Origin: an uncultured Chloroflexia bacterium
GTDB taxonomy: Bacteria; Chloroflexota; Limnocylindria; Limnocylindrales; CSP1-4
Direction of reading: 5' to 3'
Length of the DNA stretch: 64,000 bases
Assembly: GCA_963748625.1 (NCBI GenBank)
Contig: CAVVJT010000007.1
Span: 288,001 to 352,000 of the forward strand
Each line of letters begins with the position of its first letter. Within the stretch, counting starts at the first letter, position 1. A program made the position numbers and the translations under genes. Under the pieces are notes generated by a model, which did no database searches, was not told the origin of the DNA, and worked only from the letters and a program-made list of their open reading frames with translations. Shown one piece after another: positions 63,012 to 64,000 of the stretch.

Positions 63012-64000
63012 CTACGTGCGCTTCCTCTTCCGGTCCGCGATGACCTGGCTCGCAGCATTCCTGCCCGGCAGCGCCGTGACGCCGCCGCCCGGGTGCGCGC
63101 CCGATCCGGCGAGATACAGCCCCTCGACCGGCATCCGGTAGCGGGCCCAGCCCAGCAGCGGCCGCCACAGGAAGAACGAGTCCAGCCCGGGTTCCGCGTG
63201 GAGCGGGTGGCCACCGGTGAGCCCGTACTCGGACGCAAGGTCGGCCGGCGTCAGCACCTGTCGTGCGCGCACTCGTGAGCCCAGCCCCGGCGCCACCGAC
63301 TCGAGCGTCCGCACGGCGAGATCGCCAACCGCCTCGCGCTGTGCAGCCCAGAACGCCTCCTCCTGCTTGGGCGGCATCCACTGCATCACGATGCTGATGA
63401 CGTGCGTGCCCTCCGGCGCGCCGGCGACCAGCGAGGGATCGACCAGCGATGGGATGGTCGCCTCGAGGACGGGCTCCTCCGGGATGCGCCCGTACTTCGA
63501 CGCGTCGAAGGCGTGCTCCATGTGGTCGATGGAGGAGGCACCCACGAGGATCCGGCCGCGCAGCTTGCGCGCATCGCCGTCCGCAGCCGGGAACTCCGGC
63601 AGCCCGTCCACGACCAGGTTGACCTTGGCCACGGTGCCGGGCGTGCGGATGTTGCCGGCGCGCCAGCGCATCGAGGGGCCCACGGTCACCGGATCGATGA
63701 GCCTGGTGAGCAGCTGCTTGGGATCGATGCCGCCGACGATCGTCGACGCTGCGATCTCCTCGCCCGAGGCGAGCACGACGCCCGTGACCGCGCCCTCGGC
63801 CGTGGTGATCCTGACCACGCGCGTGCCGGTGCGGATCTCGGCCCCGGCGGCCTGCGCGGCTGCGGCGAGCGCGCCCGACAGCGCGGACGGCCCGCCCTTG
63901 ACGAACACGGTTTCCCCAGCAGCCCCGCCGTCGTTGCCGGCGGCATCGGCCAGGAGCCAGGAGGTGGACCCGGCCGACCAGGGGCCGGTGGCGGTGTAGC
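63012..64000 (-). CDS. Phytoene desaturase-like FAD-dependent oxidoreductase, 5' end outside window
   Basis: FVKGG, GVVLASGEEI, TIPSLVDPSL, LTPADL...GLTGG, GLYLAGSGAHPGGGV. Confidence 0.9.
   Translation of the reverse strand, partial: YTATGPWSAGSTSWLLADAAGNDGGAAGETVFVKGGPSALSGALAAAAQAAGAEIRTGTRVVRITTAEGAVTGVVLASGEEIAASTIVGGIDPKQLLTRLIDPVTVGPSMRWRAGNIRTPGTVAKVNLVVDGLPEFPAADGDARKLRGRILVGASSIDHMEHAFDASKYGRIPEEPVLEATIPSLVDPSLVAGAPEGTHVISIVMQWMPPKQEEAFWAAQREAVGDLAVRTLESVAPGLGSRVRARQVLTPADLASEYGLTGGHPLHAEPGLDSFFLWRPLLGWARYRMPVEGLYLAGSGAHPGGGVTALPGRNAASQVIADRKRKRT

Overview
This is a very GC-rich (roughly 70% or more, judged by eye) bacterial chromosomal segment with about 56 protein-coding genes. 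I recognise no rRNA, tRNA, CRISPR array, transposase or integrase. Gene content suggests an environmental Chloroflexota lineage (inference only). In order, the window holds: (1) partial MscS channel; (2) IclR regulator, class-III aminotransferase and FAD oxidase, a probable amine-catabolism module; (3) lipoate-ligase-like and DUF885 genes; (4) a 903-aa degenerate DNA methyltransferase/nuclease-like protein, a TPR + HIRAN-like + acidic-tail protein, a membrane protein and a frameshifted PolX-PHP; (5) two GAF-GGDEF diguanylate cyclases; (6) a surface-glycan locus with alternating gene orientation; (7) a long coupled run ask-birA-ECF sigma-putative anti-sigma-accD-accA-[BCCP-like]-accC-fabZ-metallophosphoesterase-fabF-accB-fabH-fabG-rmlC; (8) accessory genes; (9) hom-thrC-thrB, trpS, a ZU5-like lipoprotein, AI-2E transporter, surE, LLM oxidoreductase and a partial phytoene-desaturase-family gene. 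The most striking signal is a BCCP paralogue lacking the biotinylated lysine (DLLGI instead of EAMKM). It sits in the accB position next to accC, resembles plant BADC proteins, and shares the operon with an ECF sigma/anti-sigma pair. Other highlights are the pseudo-methyltransferase, an HFS-motif lipoprotein that may self-cleave, a dispersed intergenic element with shared termini, many short tandem duplications and apparently pervasive leaderless transcription. All family calls come from motif recognition by eye; no database search was run.
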